Assembly: GCA_963814375.1 (NCBI GenBank)
Contig: CAWFCQ010000005.1
Location: forward strand, 64,001-128,000
Direction of reading: 5' to 3'
DNA length: 64,000 nucleotides
Origin: an uncultured Chloroflexia bacterium
Lineage (GTDB): Bacteria > Chloroflexota > Limnocylindria > QHBO01
Below are positions 29,110 through 42,702 of the stretch, one piece after another (the stretch's first letter is position 1; each line of letters begins with the position of its first letter). A program made the translations under genes and the position numbers. The notes beneath the pieces are model-generated. The model ran no database searches, was not told where the DNA came from, and was given only the letters and a program-made list of their open reading frames with translations.

Positions 29110-30352
29110 ATGCGGAAGCAAACCAGCTCGTGGGTGGCGATCATCGCCATCCTGATGCTGATCCTGTCGGCGTGTTCGAGCGACGGCGGGGAGAACCCAG
29201 ATGCGAGTGAGCCCGTCGGCAGCGAGCCGGCCGCCAGCGAGCCCGCCGGCAGCGAGCCGGCCGCCAGCGAGGCGCCGACCGGCTTGGCCGCGTGCGGCGA
29301 GCAGGAGGGCGGCGACGAGTGGCTGATCGGCGGCGTGACCGACGTCGGGCAGCTCGAGGACAAGTCCTTCAACGAGGGCGGCTGGTGCGGCACGATCGCC
29401 GGCGCCACCTCCGTCGGCGGCAGTGCCGAGGTCATCGTGACCGAGGACCCGGCCGACTATGAGCCAGAACATCTCGACGTTCGTCGACCAGGGCTACCAG
29501 ATCGTCGTGACCTACGGCTTCGCACTCGGGAACGCCACCGCCGTCGCGGCCAAGGCGAACCCGGATGTGTGGTTCATCGGCCTCGACCAGCCGGGTGGTC
29601 GAGCCAACGGCGACCCGGACCCGACGTTCACCTGCGAGGGTGACGCGGCGAGCTGCTGCCGAACTACCAGGGTCTGATCTTCTCGGAGGCCCAGGCCGGG
29701 TACCTGGCCGGCATCGTGGCCGCCACCCTCACCGAGACGAACGTCATCGCGAACGATCGGCGGCATCGAGTCGATCCCGGCGGTCGTGAAGCTGTACATC
29801 GGCGGCTACCACAATGGCGCGCGTCGCGTGAACCCGGACGTCGAGGTCGCGATCTCGTACGTCGCGAGGACATCACCACCGCCTTCAACGACCCGGCAAC
29901 GGGCGCGTCGCTGGCGGAGCAGCAGATCGGCCAGGACGTCGACGTCCTCTTCCAGGTCGCCGGCCGTCCGGGCCAGGGCGTGCTGGAGGCTGCGTGCGAC
30001 GCAGGTGGCGTCTACGGCATCGGCGTCGATGTCGACCAGTGCGCTCGCTCTCCGCAGCGCGACTGCATCGTGACCAGCGCCGAGAAGAAGCTGGTCGACG
30101 CGATCGACGAGGCGATCCAGCGCGTGGTCGATGGAGAAGCGGTTGGCGGCTCCGTCGTCCTCGATGCGGCTTCCGAGCCGCCGAAGGTCGGCGTCTCCGC
30201 GTTCCACAACCATCCCGACCTGCTCACGCCGGAGACGCAGACGCGCTCGACGACGCGACGGCCGCGATGGCATCCGGCGAGCTGAATCCCTGCGAGGGCG
30301 AGGGCGCGTACGCCGCGAGGCTATCGCCGGAATAGCGCTCGGATCGGTCTGA
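29110..30352 (+). CDS. BMP family nucleoside ABC substrate-binding lipoprotein (multiple frameshifts)
   Basis: Lipobox LSAC, DVGQLEDKSFN, GDVLFQVAG-like segment, IGVDVDQ, TSAEK spread over three frames; end approximate. Confidence 0.8.
29204..29277 (+). repeat. 15-bp imperfect tandem repeat encoding an (A/G)SEP(A/V) linker
   Basis: ASEPVGSEPAASEPAGSEPAASEAP. Confidence 0.7.
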
Positions 30353-30367
30353 GCATCCAGGCAAACT

Positions 30368-30398
30368 GAAGGGCGGGTCCATGCGTGGCCCGCCCTTC
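30368..30398 (+). terminator. Stem-loop after BMP gene
   Basis: GAAGGGCGGGTCCA-TGCG-TGGCCCGCCCTTC followed by TT. Confidence 0.55.
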
Positions 30399-30425
30399 TT
30401 GCATCACCGCCTCGGCGGGAGTCCG

Positions 30426-32008
<1,583 letters not shown>

Positions 32009-32012
<4 letters not shown>

Positions 32013-33220
32013 GCCACCGACCTCGAGTCACGCACCGAGACGGCTGCGCGCGGAGCACCCGCCGCAGGCGTCGGTGCCCGACGAGCCTCCGCGGGGAGTC
32101 TTCGGCCGCCGGGTGACAAATGGCGATCATCCCGCTCGCCGCGATCGCGGGTGGGCTCATCGTGGGCGCGGTGTCATGATCCCTCGAGCCTCCCTCGGGA
32201 TCGGCTTCGACCCGCTCCTGCCGCTCACCGGCCTACGCGCCTGGTCGCCGGATCGTTCGGCATCGTTCGATGCGATCAGCTTCAACATCGCTGGTGCCAG
32301 GCCACGCCCCTCGTCCTGACGGGACTGGCGGTGGGCCTCGGCTTCAAGGCGGGGCTCTTCAACATCGGCGCCCAGGGCCAGTTCCTCATCGGCGCCCTGC
32401 GGCGCCGCGGTCGTCGTCGCGAACTGGCGGCCTCGCCTCCGATCGTCGCCATCCCGGCCGCGTCGGCGCCGGCATGCCTCGCCGGGGCTGGCCTACGGGA
32501 TTCATCCCCGGCTTCCTCAAGGCGTGCACCGGTGCCCACGAGGTGGTGACGACGATCATGCTCAACTACATCGCGATCCAGTTCATCGCCTACATCGGCG
32601 TCCGGTCCACTGCGCGGCGAGGACGTCAGCTTCGCGCGGACCGACACGATCAGGACCGCGGCCCTGCCGGTGATCGTCGGACGGGACGTCCACATCGGCG
32701 TCTTCTTCGCGTTCGGCCGTCGTGCCGATCGTCTAGGTGGCTGCTCTTGCGCAGCACGCTCGGCTTCGAGATCCGCACCGTCGGCGCCAACCCCGATGCG
32801 GCACGCTACGCCGGCATGCACCCCGCCGGCCTGATCGTCCTGACGATGTCGCATCGCCGGTCTGCTCGCCGGCCTCGCCGGCGCCACGGAGATCCTCGGC
32901 TCAGGTGGGCACATGCCCGCCTCCTACGCGACGTCAGCGTCGGCTTCGACGCGATCGCGGTTGCGTTGCTGGGCCGCGCCCACCCGGTCGGCATCCTCTT
33001 CGCCGGCGCTCCTGTTCGGAGCGATGCGCGCCGGGGCCGGGCTCATGCAGATCCAGGCCGGCATCCCGGTCCAGATGGTGAACATCCTGCAGGCCGTGAT
33101 CCTCTTCTTCCTCGCCGCCGAGGTCGTCGTCCGCTACCTCTTCCGATTCCGACGACCGGGCTCGAGCCGTCGGAGATGCAGACGATCACGCGCTCGTACG
33201 GCGAGCAGACGGCGAAGTAG
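32009..33220 (+). CDS. Nucleoside ABC transporter permease 1 (multiple frameshifts)
   Basis: GLFNIGAQGQ, GAHEVVTTIMLNYIA, GFEIRTVGANPDAARYAG, GFDAIAVALLG. Confidence 0.82.
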
Positions 33221-33224
33221 ACCG

Positions 33225-34339
33225 ATGGAGTTCCTGTACGGCCTGCCCGTCATCGGCTATGTCTTCCAGTTCATCGGGTACCTGATCGAGGTCATGCCGA
33301 TCATCGCGCCGACGATCGTCGGCGCTGGCCACCGCGATCGCCCTCGGCGCCCTCTGCGGGTTCATGAACGAGCGCTCGGGAGTCGTCAACATCGGCATCG
33401 AGGGGATGATGCTGACCGCCGCCTTCGTTGCGTGGTGGACGGCGTCGATCAGCGCCCAGCTGGTACCGGCCGGGACGATCGGCCCGCTCGGAATCTCGGC
33501 CCCGCTCCTCATCGGGCTGGCGGCGGCCGTGGCGGCTGCGATGCTCGTCAGCCTCGCCCACGCGTGGCTGTCGATCACGGTGCAGGCCGACCAGATCATC
33601 TCCGGCACGATCATCAACATCTTCGCGGTGGGCATCACCGGCTACCTCAACCTGCTCATCAGCCAGGACGCGCCTCCGTCCGCCGGCCAGTTCGCCCAGT
33701 GGCAGCCTCCCGCGGTCCTGACCGACCTGCCTCTGGTCGGATGGCTGCTTCGAGGCGCTCCTCGCCCAGGGGCCGATCGGGCTGAGCCTGCTCGTGTCGG
33801 TGATCGTCCTGCAGCTCCTGCTCTTCCGATCCCGGTGGGGCCTGCGGACGCGGGCGGTCGGGGAGCACCCGGAGGCAGCCGAGACGGTGGGGATCGACGT
33901 GATCGGCCTGCGCTACCGGAACGTGATCCTCGGCGGCATCTTCGCCGGCCTGGCCGGTGCCTACCTCACGATCGAGTTCGGGAACTCCTTCCAGGGCGAG
34001 ATGACGAATGGCCGCGGCTTCATCGCGCTGGCGGCGCTCATCTTCGGCCGCTGGACGCCGATCGGGGCATTCGGAGCGGCGCTCCTCTTCACCGCCTCGG
34101 AGGGAATCCAGCGCGCCGTCCGCTTCGGGCCGCCGGAGGGGGCGCTCGGAGAGTTCCTGTCGGCCATTCCGACCCAGTTCTACAGCGCGCTCCCCTACCT
34201 GATCACGATCATCGTGCTGGCGGGAGTCGTCGGACGCTCGATCGCGCCCGCCGCAGTCGGGAGGCCATTCACGCGCGAGAAGCGGGAGAAGCGCGGCGGG
34301 ACCGTTACGCCCGCCGCGGAACCTGCGACCGAATCCTAG
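33225..34339 (+). CDS. Nucleoside ABC transporter permease 2 (frameshifted)
   Basis: ERSGVVNIGIEG, GEHPEAAETVG, GRGFIALAALIFGRW, LPY. Confidence 0.85.
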
Positions 34340-35082
34340 GCGGAGGCGGCCTCTGGGGCGAGGTGCGAGCGGACCGCCGGCGGCTCGCGCAGCAGGTCGA
34401 TCGACCGCCCCGCCGACGCCATGTCACGCACGACCGAGAGATGGTCGTAGTCGACCGCCCGGAACCCGACGGCGATGTCCGGCTCGCCAATGTAGATCAC
34501 GGCGTAGCGGGCCCGCGCATCGCCGTCCGTCCCGCATCCGACCGACCCACACGCCACGACGTGAGCCTGCCCGACGACCCGGTGGAACGCCTCGTGGGTG
34601 TGCCCGAAGCAGAAGAGATCGTCGGCCTCGTCGCTGGCGAGGCGCGCGAAGACACGTGACGGGCGCGCCGCCCACATGTACTCGCTCTGCCTGATCGGCG
34701 AGCCGTGGAAGAGGAAGACGGATCGGCCGCCGAGCGTGATGCGGAGCGTCTGCGGAAGCTGGCGCAGCCACGCCTTGTTCTCATCGGTCAGGCACTCGGC
34801 GGTCCAGGCCATGGAGGCGTTGCCTTCGGCCTCCGCATCGGCCGTGGCCCAGGAGGCACCGGTCTGCTCGCGGTCCATGCCGACCGCCTCGTCCCAGTTC
34901 CCCTGCACGGTCGGGATCTCGAGGCGCCGAAGCTCCTCGACCACCTCGTTGGGATGCGGCCCGCGGCCGACGACGTCACCGACGCAGTACAGAGCCTCGG
35001 CGCCGATGCGTGCCACGTCGTCGATGACCGCCCGGAGCGCCGGGAGGTTGGCGTGGATGTCGCCCATGACCGCGATGCGCAT
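34336..35082 (-). CDS. Metallophosphoesterase family protein
   Basis: GDIHAN, GDVVG, GNWD, HGSP, GHTH. Confidence 0.92.
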   Translation of the reverse strand: MRIAVMGDIHANLPALRAVIDDVARIGAEALYCVGDVVGRGPHPNEVVEELRRLEIPTVQGNWDEAVGMDREQTGASWATADAEAEGNASMAWTAECLTDENKAWLRQLPQTLRITLGGRSVFLFHGSPIRQSEYMWAARPSRVFARLASDEADDLFCFGHTHEAFHRVVGQAHVVACGSVGCGTDGDARARYAVIYIGEPDIAVGFRAVDYDHLSVVRDMASAGRSIDLLREPPAVRSHLAPEAASA

Positions 35083-35191
35083 GGGCGGATTCTGCCGATG
35101 GGTATCTTCGGCGGCAATCCCCCGACCGGAGAGCGAGCAAGGGGACTTCGGAGCCGGGTCCCCGGAGCGGTCCTGACGGGTTGGGGGTGGT

Positions 35192-36280
35192 TCAGGCCAC
35201 TGCGGTGCCGATTGCCGTGGGAGCGGCCAGTACGCTCACCTTGCCGGCCACGGTCCGGGCGACCTCCCGCAACGCGGCCGCGGCGGCGGAGTCCTCCCCG
35301 CCCGGATACTGAGTCGAGGTGATCGGTACGCCGGCATCGCCTCCGGCGCGCACGCCGGGCTCGATCGGGATGCGGCCCAGCACCTCGAGATCGAGCTCGC
35401 GAGAGAGCTTCTCTCCACCGCCCGAACCGAAGATATCGTGCTCGCTGCCGCAGTCGGGGCAGACGAAGCCGCTCATGTTCTCGATCACCCCGAGCGTGCG
35501 CACGTTGACCTTGTTGAACATTCCGACCGCCTTGCGGGCGTCGAGAAGGCTCACCTCCTGGGGCGTGGTGACGATGACGGCACCGGTCAACGGGATGATC
35601 TGCGAGAGCGAGAGCGCCGCATCGCCGGTGCCGGGCGGCAGGTCGATGACGAGGTAGTCGAGGTCGCCCCACTCCACGTCGCGCAGGAACTGGTTGATGG
35701 CGCTGTGGATGAGCGGCCCGCGCCAGATGACCGGCTGGTTGGGATCGAGGAAGTACTGGATGCTCATCATCTTCACGCCGTGCGCGGAGACCGGGTTCGG
35801 ACGCCCGCTGGTGCCGGTGACATGCGATCCCTGGGTGCCCATCATGAGCGGCACGTTCGGACCCGTGATGTCGGCGTCGAGCAGGCCGACCTGCGCGCCG
35901 TCGCGCGCCAGGCTGACCGCGAGATTCACCGCCACGGTGGACTTGCCGACGCCCCCCTTGCCGGACGCAACGGCGATCGTGTTTCGCACGCCCGGGATCA
36001 GGTCGGCGGCCGGTCCCCCGAACGAGCGCTTGACGTTGCTCGCCCAGTCGACCCGGACGAGGCTGGCACCGAGGCCGGAGAGCGCCTCGCCGATGTCGTT
36101 CTCGATCGTCGCCTTGAGCGGGCACGCCGGCGTCGTCAGCTCGACGGTCAGGTCGACGACGCTGCCGTCGATCGCGATGCTCTTGACCATACCGAGCGAT
36201 ACGAGGTCGCGCCCGATCTCGGGATCCTTCACCCCGCCGAGCGCGGCGAGGATGTTCTCGTCTGTCAGCTGATTGGACAT
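35192..36280 (-). CDS. mrp: Mrp/ApbC (NBP35) Fe-S cluster carrier ATPase with DUF59 domain
   Basis: VKDPEI, TTPACP, SGKGGVGKST, WRGP, DLPPGTGD, ENMS, CPDC. Confidence 0.95.
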   Translation of the reverse strand: MSNQLTDENILAALGGVKDPEIGRDLVSLGMVKSIAIDGSVVDLTVELTTPACPLKATIENDIGEALSGLGASLVRVDWASNVKRSFGGPAADLIPGVRNTIAVASGKGGVGKSTVAVNLAVSLARDGAQVGLLDADITGPNVPLMMGTQGSHVTGTSGRPNPVSAHGVKMMSIQYFLDPNQPVIWRGPLIHSAINQFLRDVEWGDLDYLVIDLPPGTGDAALSLSQIIPLTGAVIVTTPQEVSLLDARKAVGMFNKVNVRTLGVIENMSGFVCPDCGSEHDIFGSGGGEKLSRELDLEVLGRIPIEPGVRAGGDAGVPITSTQYPGGEDSAAAAALREVARTVAGKVSVLAAPTAIGTAVA

Positions 36281-36370
36281 GGGCTTCTGATCGGGACCTC
36301 AATGCGGGGCCGATGCGGCCGATTGAGCGTAGCAGAGCCTGCTGCGGGCTTCACACAACCGATGTTGAGG

Positions 36371-37237
36371 CTACGGGAGTCCCTCGAAGAGGCCGCGCTC
36401 GGAGGACTCCTCGCCACCTGCGGCAACCGGCAGCGCCGATGCCGCCAGGCGATAGTGCTCGGCGGCGAGGAAGGCGTCACGCGCCGCCGGGCCCCAGTCG
36501 TGGAACGGCCCGGATGACCCGGTCTGGGAGATGTGGCGGCTGATCGCGGCGAGCTTCAGCTGGGAGAGCTCACCGAGCTCGATCGAGAGTGTCGGTGTCG
36601 TCGGCGAGCCGTATCCGTCGGCCGGCAGCCGCGGCCCGAGCGCCTCGTATGCGCTGGGCGGAACGACGAGCTCGTACAGCTTGGCGGCCTGCCAGGCAAC
36701 CTGGTCCTCCTCGAGGTCGTCCTCGTAGTCGAGGGGCTGTGCCGCACGCTGGTAGGCGGCGGCGGCGGCGCGCGCGAGCACGACGTGGTCGCCGTCGCCG
36801 GTCGCGCCGTCCGGGCCGAAGGAGACGATCACATCCGGCCGATGCATCCGGATCGGCTCCACGATCCGGCCCACCAGCTGATCGAAGTTGGCGCGATCGA
36901 GGTCACCCTCGGCGTAGTCGAGCATGCGGACGACGCGCACGCCGAGCACCGCCACGGATCTGCGCAGCTCATCCTCCCGCACGGTGTCGAGGTTGCGCCA
37001 GTTGATGGCGGCGTCCTTGACGTCCCGGTTCTTGCCTCCCGGGAGGGGCGATGCCACGCGCAGCCGGGCGTCGAACCATCCGCGCGTGACGCACACCACC
37101 ACGACGTAGGCGCCCTCCGCCGCGGCGCTCGCGATTGCGCCTCCGAAGCCGAAGGCCTCGTCACCCGGATGGGCGACGATGACCATCAGGCTGCGGGTTG
37201 GTGCGCGCTCGCGAACCGGCCGCCAGATGGAGGACAC
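36371..37237 (-). CDS. PIG-L/LmbE family deacetylase-like protein with variant motifs
   Basis: AHPGDE, REDEL, GDGDH, HISQ. Confidence 0.8.
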   Translation of the reverse strand: MSSIWRPVRERAPTRSLMVIVAHPGDEAFGFGGAIASAAAEGAYVVVVCVTRGWFDARLRVASPLPGGKNRDVKDAAINWRNLDTVREDELRRSVAVLGVRVVRMLDYAEGDLDRANFDQLVGRIVEPIRMHRPDVIVSFGPDGATGDGDHVVLARAAAAAYQRAAQPLDYEDDLEEDQVAWQAAKLYELVVPPSAYEALGPRLPADGYGSPTTPTLSIELGELSQLKLAAISRHISQTGSSGPFHDWGPAARDAFLAAEHYRLAASALPVAAGGEESSERGLFEGLP

Positions 37238-37260
37238 GGCCGGAGTATAGGAGGCTCGAT

Positions 37261-38329
37261 TCAGACCTCGACGGGGATCGCCGCATGGCCGTTCGGGCCA
37301 CCGTCGCGGCCTGCCACGGAGCTGTCGATGACCGGTGCGCGGTCGAGGAAGCTCGCCTGCTCACCGACGTCGATGACGCGCTTCACCTCGTCGAGCGAGA
37401 GGATCTCGTTGCGCATGAGCATCCCGAGCTCGTCGCGCAGGTAGCTGCGCAGCATCTCCGGGCCGTCGGTGCTGACCGTGAATCGGACCTGGTGATCGAC
37501 CAGAGCACGGACCACCCTGCGCACCTCGGGCACACCTCGCAGCACGCCGGTGCTGAGGTTCGAGCTGGGGCACACCTCGAGCACCGTCCCGCGCTCGTGC
37601 AGCATCTCCAGCACGGCCGGATCCTCGGCGCTGCGGACGCCATGGCCGATGCGATCCGGCTCGAGCGCCTCGAGTGCGTCGCGGACCTCGTCGGCGCCGC
37701 CCGTCTCCCCGGCGTGGACCGTGAGGCCCAGCCCGGCTCGCCGGCAGGTGGCGTAGATCTCGGAGTAATCGGCGAAGTCGAAAGCCGTCGACGACCGGTC
37801 CGGCGATGTCGATTCCAACGACCCCGCGGCTCTGCCAGGCGATCGCCTTGGCCGCGATGATCTCGTTCAGCTCCCGGCTGAAGGCACGGTCGAGGCAGAA
37901 GATCAGGCCGGCCCGGACCTGGGGATACTCGAGCACGGAGCGGTCCATCCCGCGCACCGCCGCGGCGATGATGTGGTCGAGATCCTGCTCGCCGCCGCGG
38001 TTGCGCTTCATCGGATTGAAGCGCAGCTCGAGCTTGGTCACGTTGTTCTTGCGATAGGCGCCGCCGATCACCTCGTACACGCTGCGCTCGACCGCGATCG
38101 GGCTCGACTGAATCAGCTCGGTCCAGTGGAAAAGGTCGAGATAGGCCTCGAACGACCGACGGCGGCGCCCGGCGGTGATGAGCTCGCGAAACGCCCAGTA
38201 GTCCTTCGTCGGCAGGCGGATCCCCTGCGCGTGGGCGATGCCCCACATGATGGCGGGCGTCACTGCCGCTCCGAGGTGCACGTGGAGCTCGCTCAGCGGC
38301 GTCCGGGGATCAAGGCGCTGGCGCGACAT
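37261..38329 (-). CDS. Second adenosine deaminase family protein (one frameshift near 37795)
   Basis: ELHVHLG, ELRFNP, GIDIAGP then frame change to HAGE, RIGHG, CPSSN, STDG. Confidence 0.85.
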
Positions 38330-38395
38330 CTGGCTCCGCTGCTCGCGTGTTCGGCGGAGTGTAACGCACGGGCCCGATGCTAGAATCGCGGCGGC

Positions 38396-38797
38396 ATGGA
38401 GGTCATTCGCGACGCCATCGAGTGGGCCGCCACCGAGACGGTGTCGGTCACGGCGACCCTCTTTCCCTACCTCCTCATCGGCCTGCTCGGGCTGTGGGTG
38501 CTGTGGGTCGTCATCGGCTACCTGCGCGTCAGCCAGATCGGCCTCGGAGAGGGCCGCGACCAGCAGGCGGTGGCCTTGCCCGGCCCGACCGAAGCCGGCG
38601 ACGAGACTCGACCGCGCGGGCTCCCCTATTGCGCCGTCGACAACCTCCAGTTCCCGCTCGGCGCCCGGTTCTGCACGCAGTGCGAGCGCGATCTCATCCT
38701 CGACTGCGTGAACTGCGGCGCAACCCTGGGCGGCGGTGACGCGTCCTGCTACCGATGCGGCACCCCCACCGGTGCCGACGCCGCTCTCTCGCCCTGA
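38396..38797 (+). CDS. Membrane protein with double zinc-ribbon (DZR) C-terminus
   Basis: TM helix then CAVD, FCTQC, CVNCG, CYRCG. Confidence 0.8.
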   Translation: MEVIRDAIEWAATETVSVTATLFPYLLIGLLGLWVLWVVIGYLRVSQIGLGEGRDQQAVALPGPTEAGDETRPRGLPYCAVDNLQFPLGARFCTQCERDLILDCVNCGATLGGGDASCYRCGTPTGADAALSP

Positions 38798-38835
38798 CCG
38801 GCTGACGCCGGTCGCCTCGTCCGGCCGGTCCAACG

Positions 38836-39717
38836 GTGATCACGATCGTCCCGCTCCTGCTCGTCGCCGCGCTCATCTGCCTTCTTGCCGCCACCGCCCT
38901 CGGCATCGCCGCGGTGGTGGCCATGGCGGCTCGGCGCTCACCGGCCCCGGCGATCGCCGGCACCTCCGGCTCCGTGACCGCCGCTCCGGCTCACGGGTGG
39001 CTCGACCGGGCGTCGACGGTCGCGCTGATCGTCGCGTTCGTCCTGCTGGTCGCGGCGCTGGTCATACGAGCCCTCGACGCGGGACACGCTCCCTGGTCGA
39101 ACCTGTACGAGTTCAGCCTCGCCTTCGCTGCCGCGCTCATCGGGACCTACCTCCTCCTGCTTCGCGACTTCGCCATCGCCGGGCTGGGGATCGGGATCGC
39201 CCTGCTGGCCGCGGCGATCGTCGGGTTCGCGCTCGGTCTCGACAGCGGCGTGGATCCGCTCGTGCCAGCGCTCCAGCAGCCGGTCCTGCTGACCATTCAT
39301 GTCGGCGCCGCTGTCCTGGCCTACGCAGTCGCCGGCGTCGCCTTCGTGGCCGCGGTTGCCGAGCTCGTTCAGCGCGGGACGGGCGATGCGATCCGCGCCC
39401 TGCCGACGGCATCCACATCTCGCGTGGTCGGACATCGAGCGGTGCTGATCGCGTTCCCGATCCTCACCATCGCCATCGCGCTCGGCTCGGTGTGGGCGAA
39501 CGTGGCGTGGCGCTCCTACTGGAGCAACGACCCGAAGGAGCTGGCGGCAGCGGCGACGTGGTTCGTCTTCGGCGCGTACCTGCACGTCGCGAACCGCCGT
39601 GATGGGCTCGAGCGGTTGGCGCCGTGGCTCATCGTGATCGGCTTCGTCGGCGTGCTCTTCACCTTCATCGGGGCCGGTCTCTTCATCGTCGGCGAGCACA
39701 GCTACGGCACCTCGTGA
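38836..39717 (+). CDS. ccsA: Cytochrome c biogenesis protein CcsA/ResC
   Basis: HAPWSNLYE, PALQ, WANVAWRSYWSNDPKE (WWD domain), YLH, GEHSY. Confidence 0.9.
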   Translation: MITIVPLLLVAALICLLAATALGIAAVVAMAARRSPAPAIAGTSGSVTAAPAHGWLDRASTVALIVAFVLLVAALVIRALDAGHAPWSNLYEFSLAFAAALIGTYLLLLRDFAIAGLGIGIALLAAAIVGFALGLDSGVDPLVPALQQPVLLTIHVGAAVLAYAVAGVAFVAAVAELVQRGTGDAIRALPTASTSRVVGHRAVLIAFPILTIAIALGSVWANVAWRSYWSNDPKELAAAATWFVFGAYLHVANRRDGLERLAPWLIVIGFVGVLFTFIGAGLFIVGEHSYGTS

Positions 39718-40181
39718 CGCGCCTGATCGGAGTGGCGTTGCTGGTGACGGTGCTCGCCGCCGGGTGCGGCGCCGCCCCCAGACCGAGTACGACCGGTCTG
39801 CGTTTCGAGGAGGTGTCGGCGGCCGATGCGCGCGAGATGCCGCCCGCCGTCGGGCAGCGAGAGGGCCGGCCGGGGCCTGACGGCGGCACCATCCTCGTGG
39901 CGACCTCGGCGCTGATCGATGCCGGCGTGCCCTACCGCTTCAGCCTCGGCCACTGCGGGCTCTTCTCTCCCGTCGACGTCGACGGCGCCTTCTGGGACGC
40001 CATCGATGGCGTGTCGAGCAGCGGAGGGGCGGTCGACCTCGACAGCGACGGTGAGATGATCAACGCCACGCCAGGGGTGATCGTGGTGATCGGCGACGAG
40101 GCCAGGTTTCGAACGGAGAGCGGGTCGGTCATCCGCTTCAGGCGCCATGACGGCGAGAAGGAGTTTCCCGGCTGCGACTAG
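39714..40181 (+). CDS. Hypothetical lipoprotein
   Basis: GTGA overlap, lipobox AAGC, GHCG motif and C-terminal GCD (probable disulfide). Confidence 0.75.
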   Translation: MTRLIGVALLVTVLAAGCGAAPRPSTTGLRFEEVSAADAREMPPAVGQREGRPGPDGGTILVATSALIDAGVPYRFSLGHCGLFSPVDVDGAFWDAIDGVSSSGGAVDLDSDGEMINATPGVIVVIGDEARFRTESGSVIRFRRHDGEKEFPGCD

Positions 40182-40189
40182 CCGGCATC

Positions 40190-40588
40190 ATGGAGACGCG
40201 CGAGCTCGTCATGGAGACGGGCGCGACCTCGGGCCTGAGCGATCTGACCGATGCCTGCGCCCATTTCCTGCGTGAGATCGCCGCCGGTGACGGGCTGCTG
40301 ACCGTCTTCGTTCCGCACGCCACCGCTGGGCTGGTCGTGGTCGAGCTCGGCGCCGGGTCCGATTCCGATCTCCTCGCCGCCCTGGATCGGCTTCTGCCGC
40401 GCGACGCGCGCTGGCGCCACGCCCACGGCAGCCCGGGGCACGGCGCCGATCACGTCGTGCCGCTGCTCGCGTCCCCGTCGCTCGTGGTGCCCATCGTCGA
40501 CGGGCACATGACGCTCGGCACGTGGCAGTCGATCGCTCTCCTCGACACGAACCGCGACAACCCGACTCGCACGGTCCGGCTGACGTTC

Positions 40589-40600
<12 letters not shown>
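40190..40600 (+). CDS. yjbQ: YjbQ family (secondary thiamine-phosphate synthase)
   Basis: FVPHATAG, HGADH, LGTWQ. Confidence 0.9.
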
Positions 40601-42642
<2,042 letters not shown>

Positions 42643-42702
42643 GTCGGTCAGTGTGGCATGCGGACCGCTGAGGGCCGCGCGCGCGGAAGGACGATCGCCG
42701 GG

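Noticed and set aside
29204-29277. Short repeats as a CRISPR array
   Set aside because: In-frame 15-bp coding linker repeats with no spacers and no cas genes
35160-35190. SRP RNA (minus strand CCCGTCAGGACCG resembles the helix 8 start)
   Set aside because: The GNRA loop and AGCAG half of the SRP motif are missing
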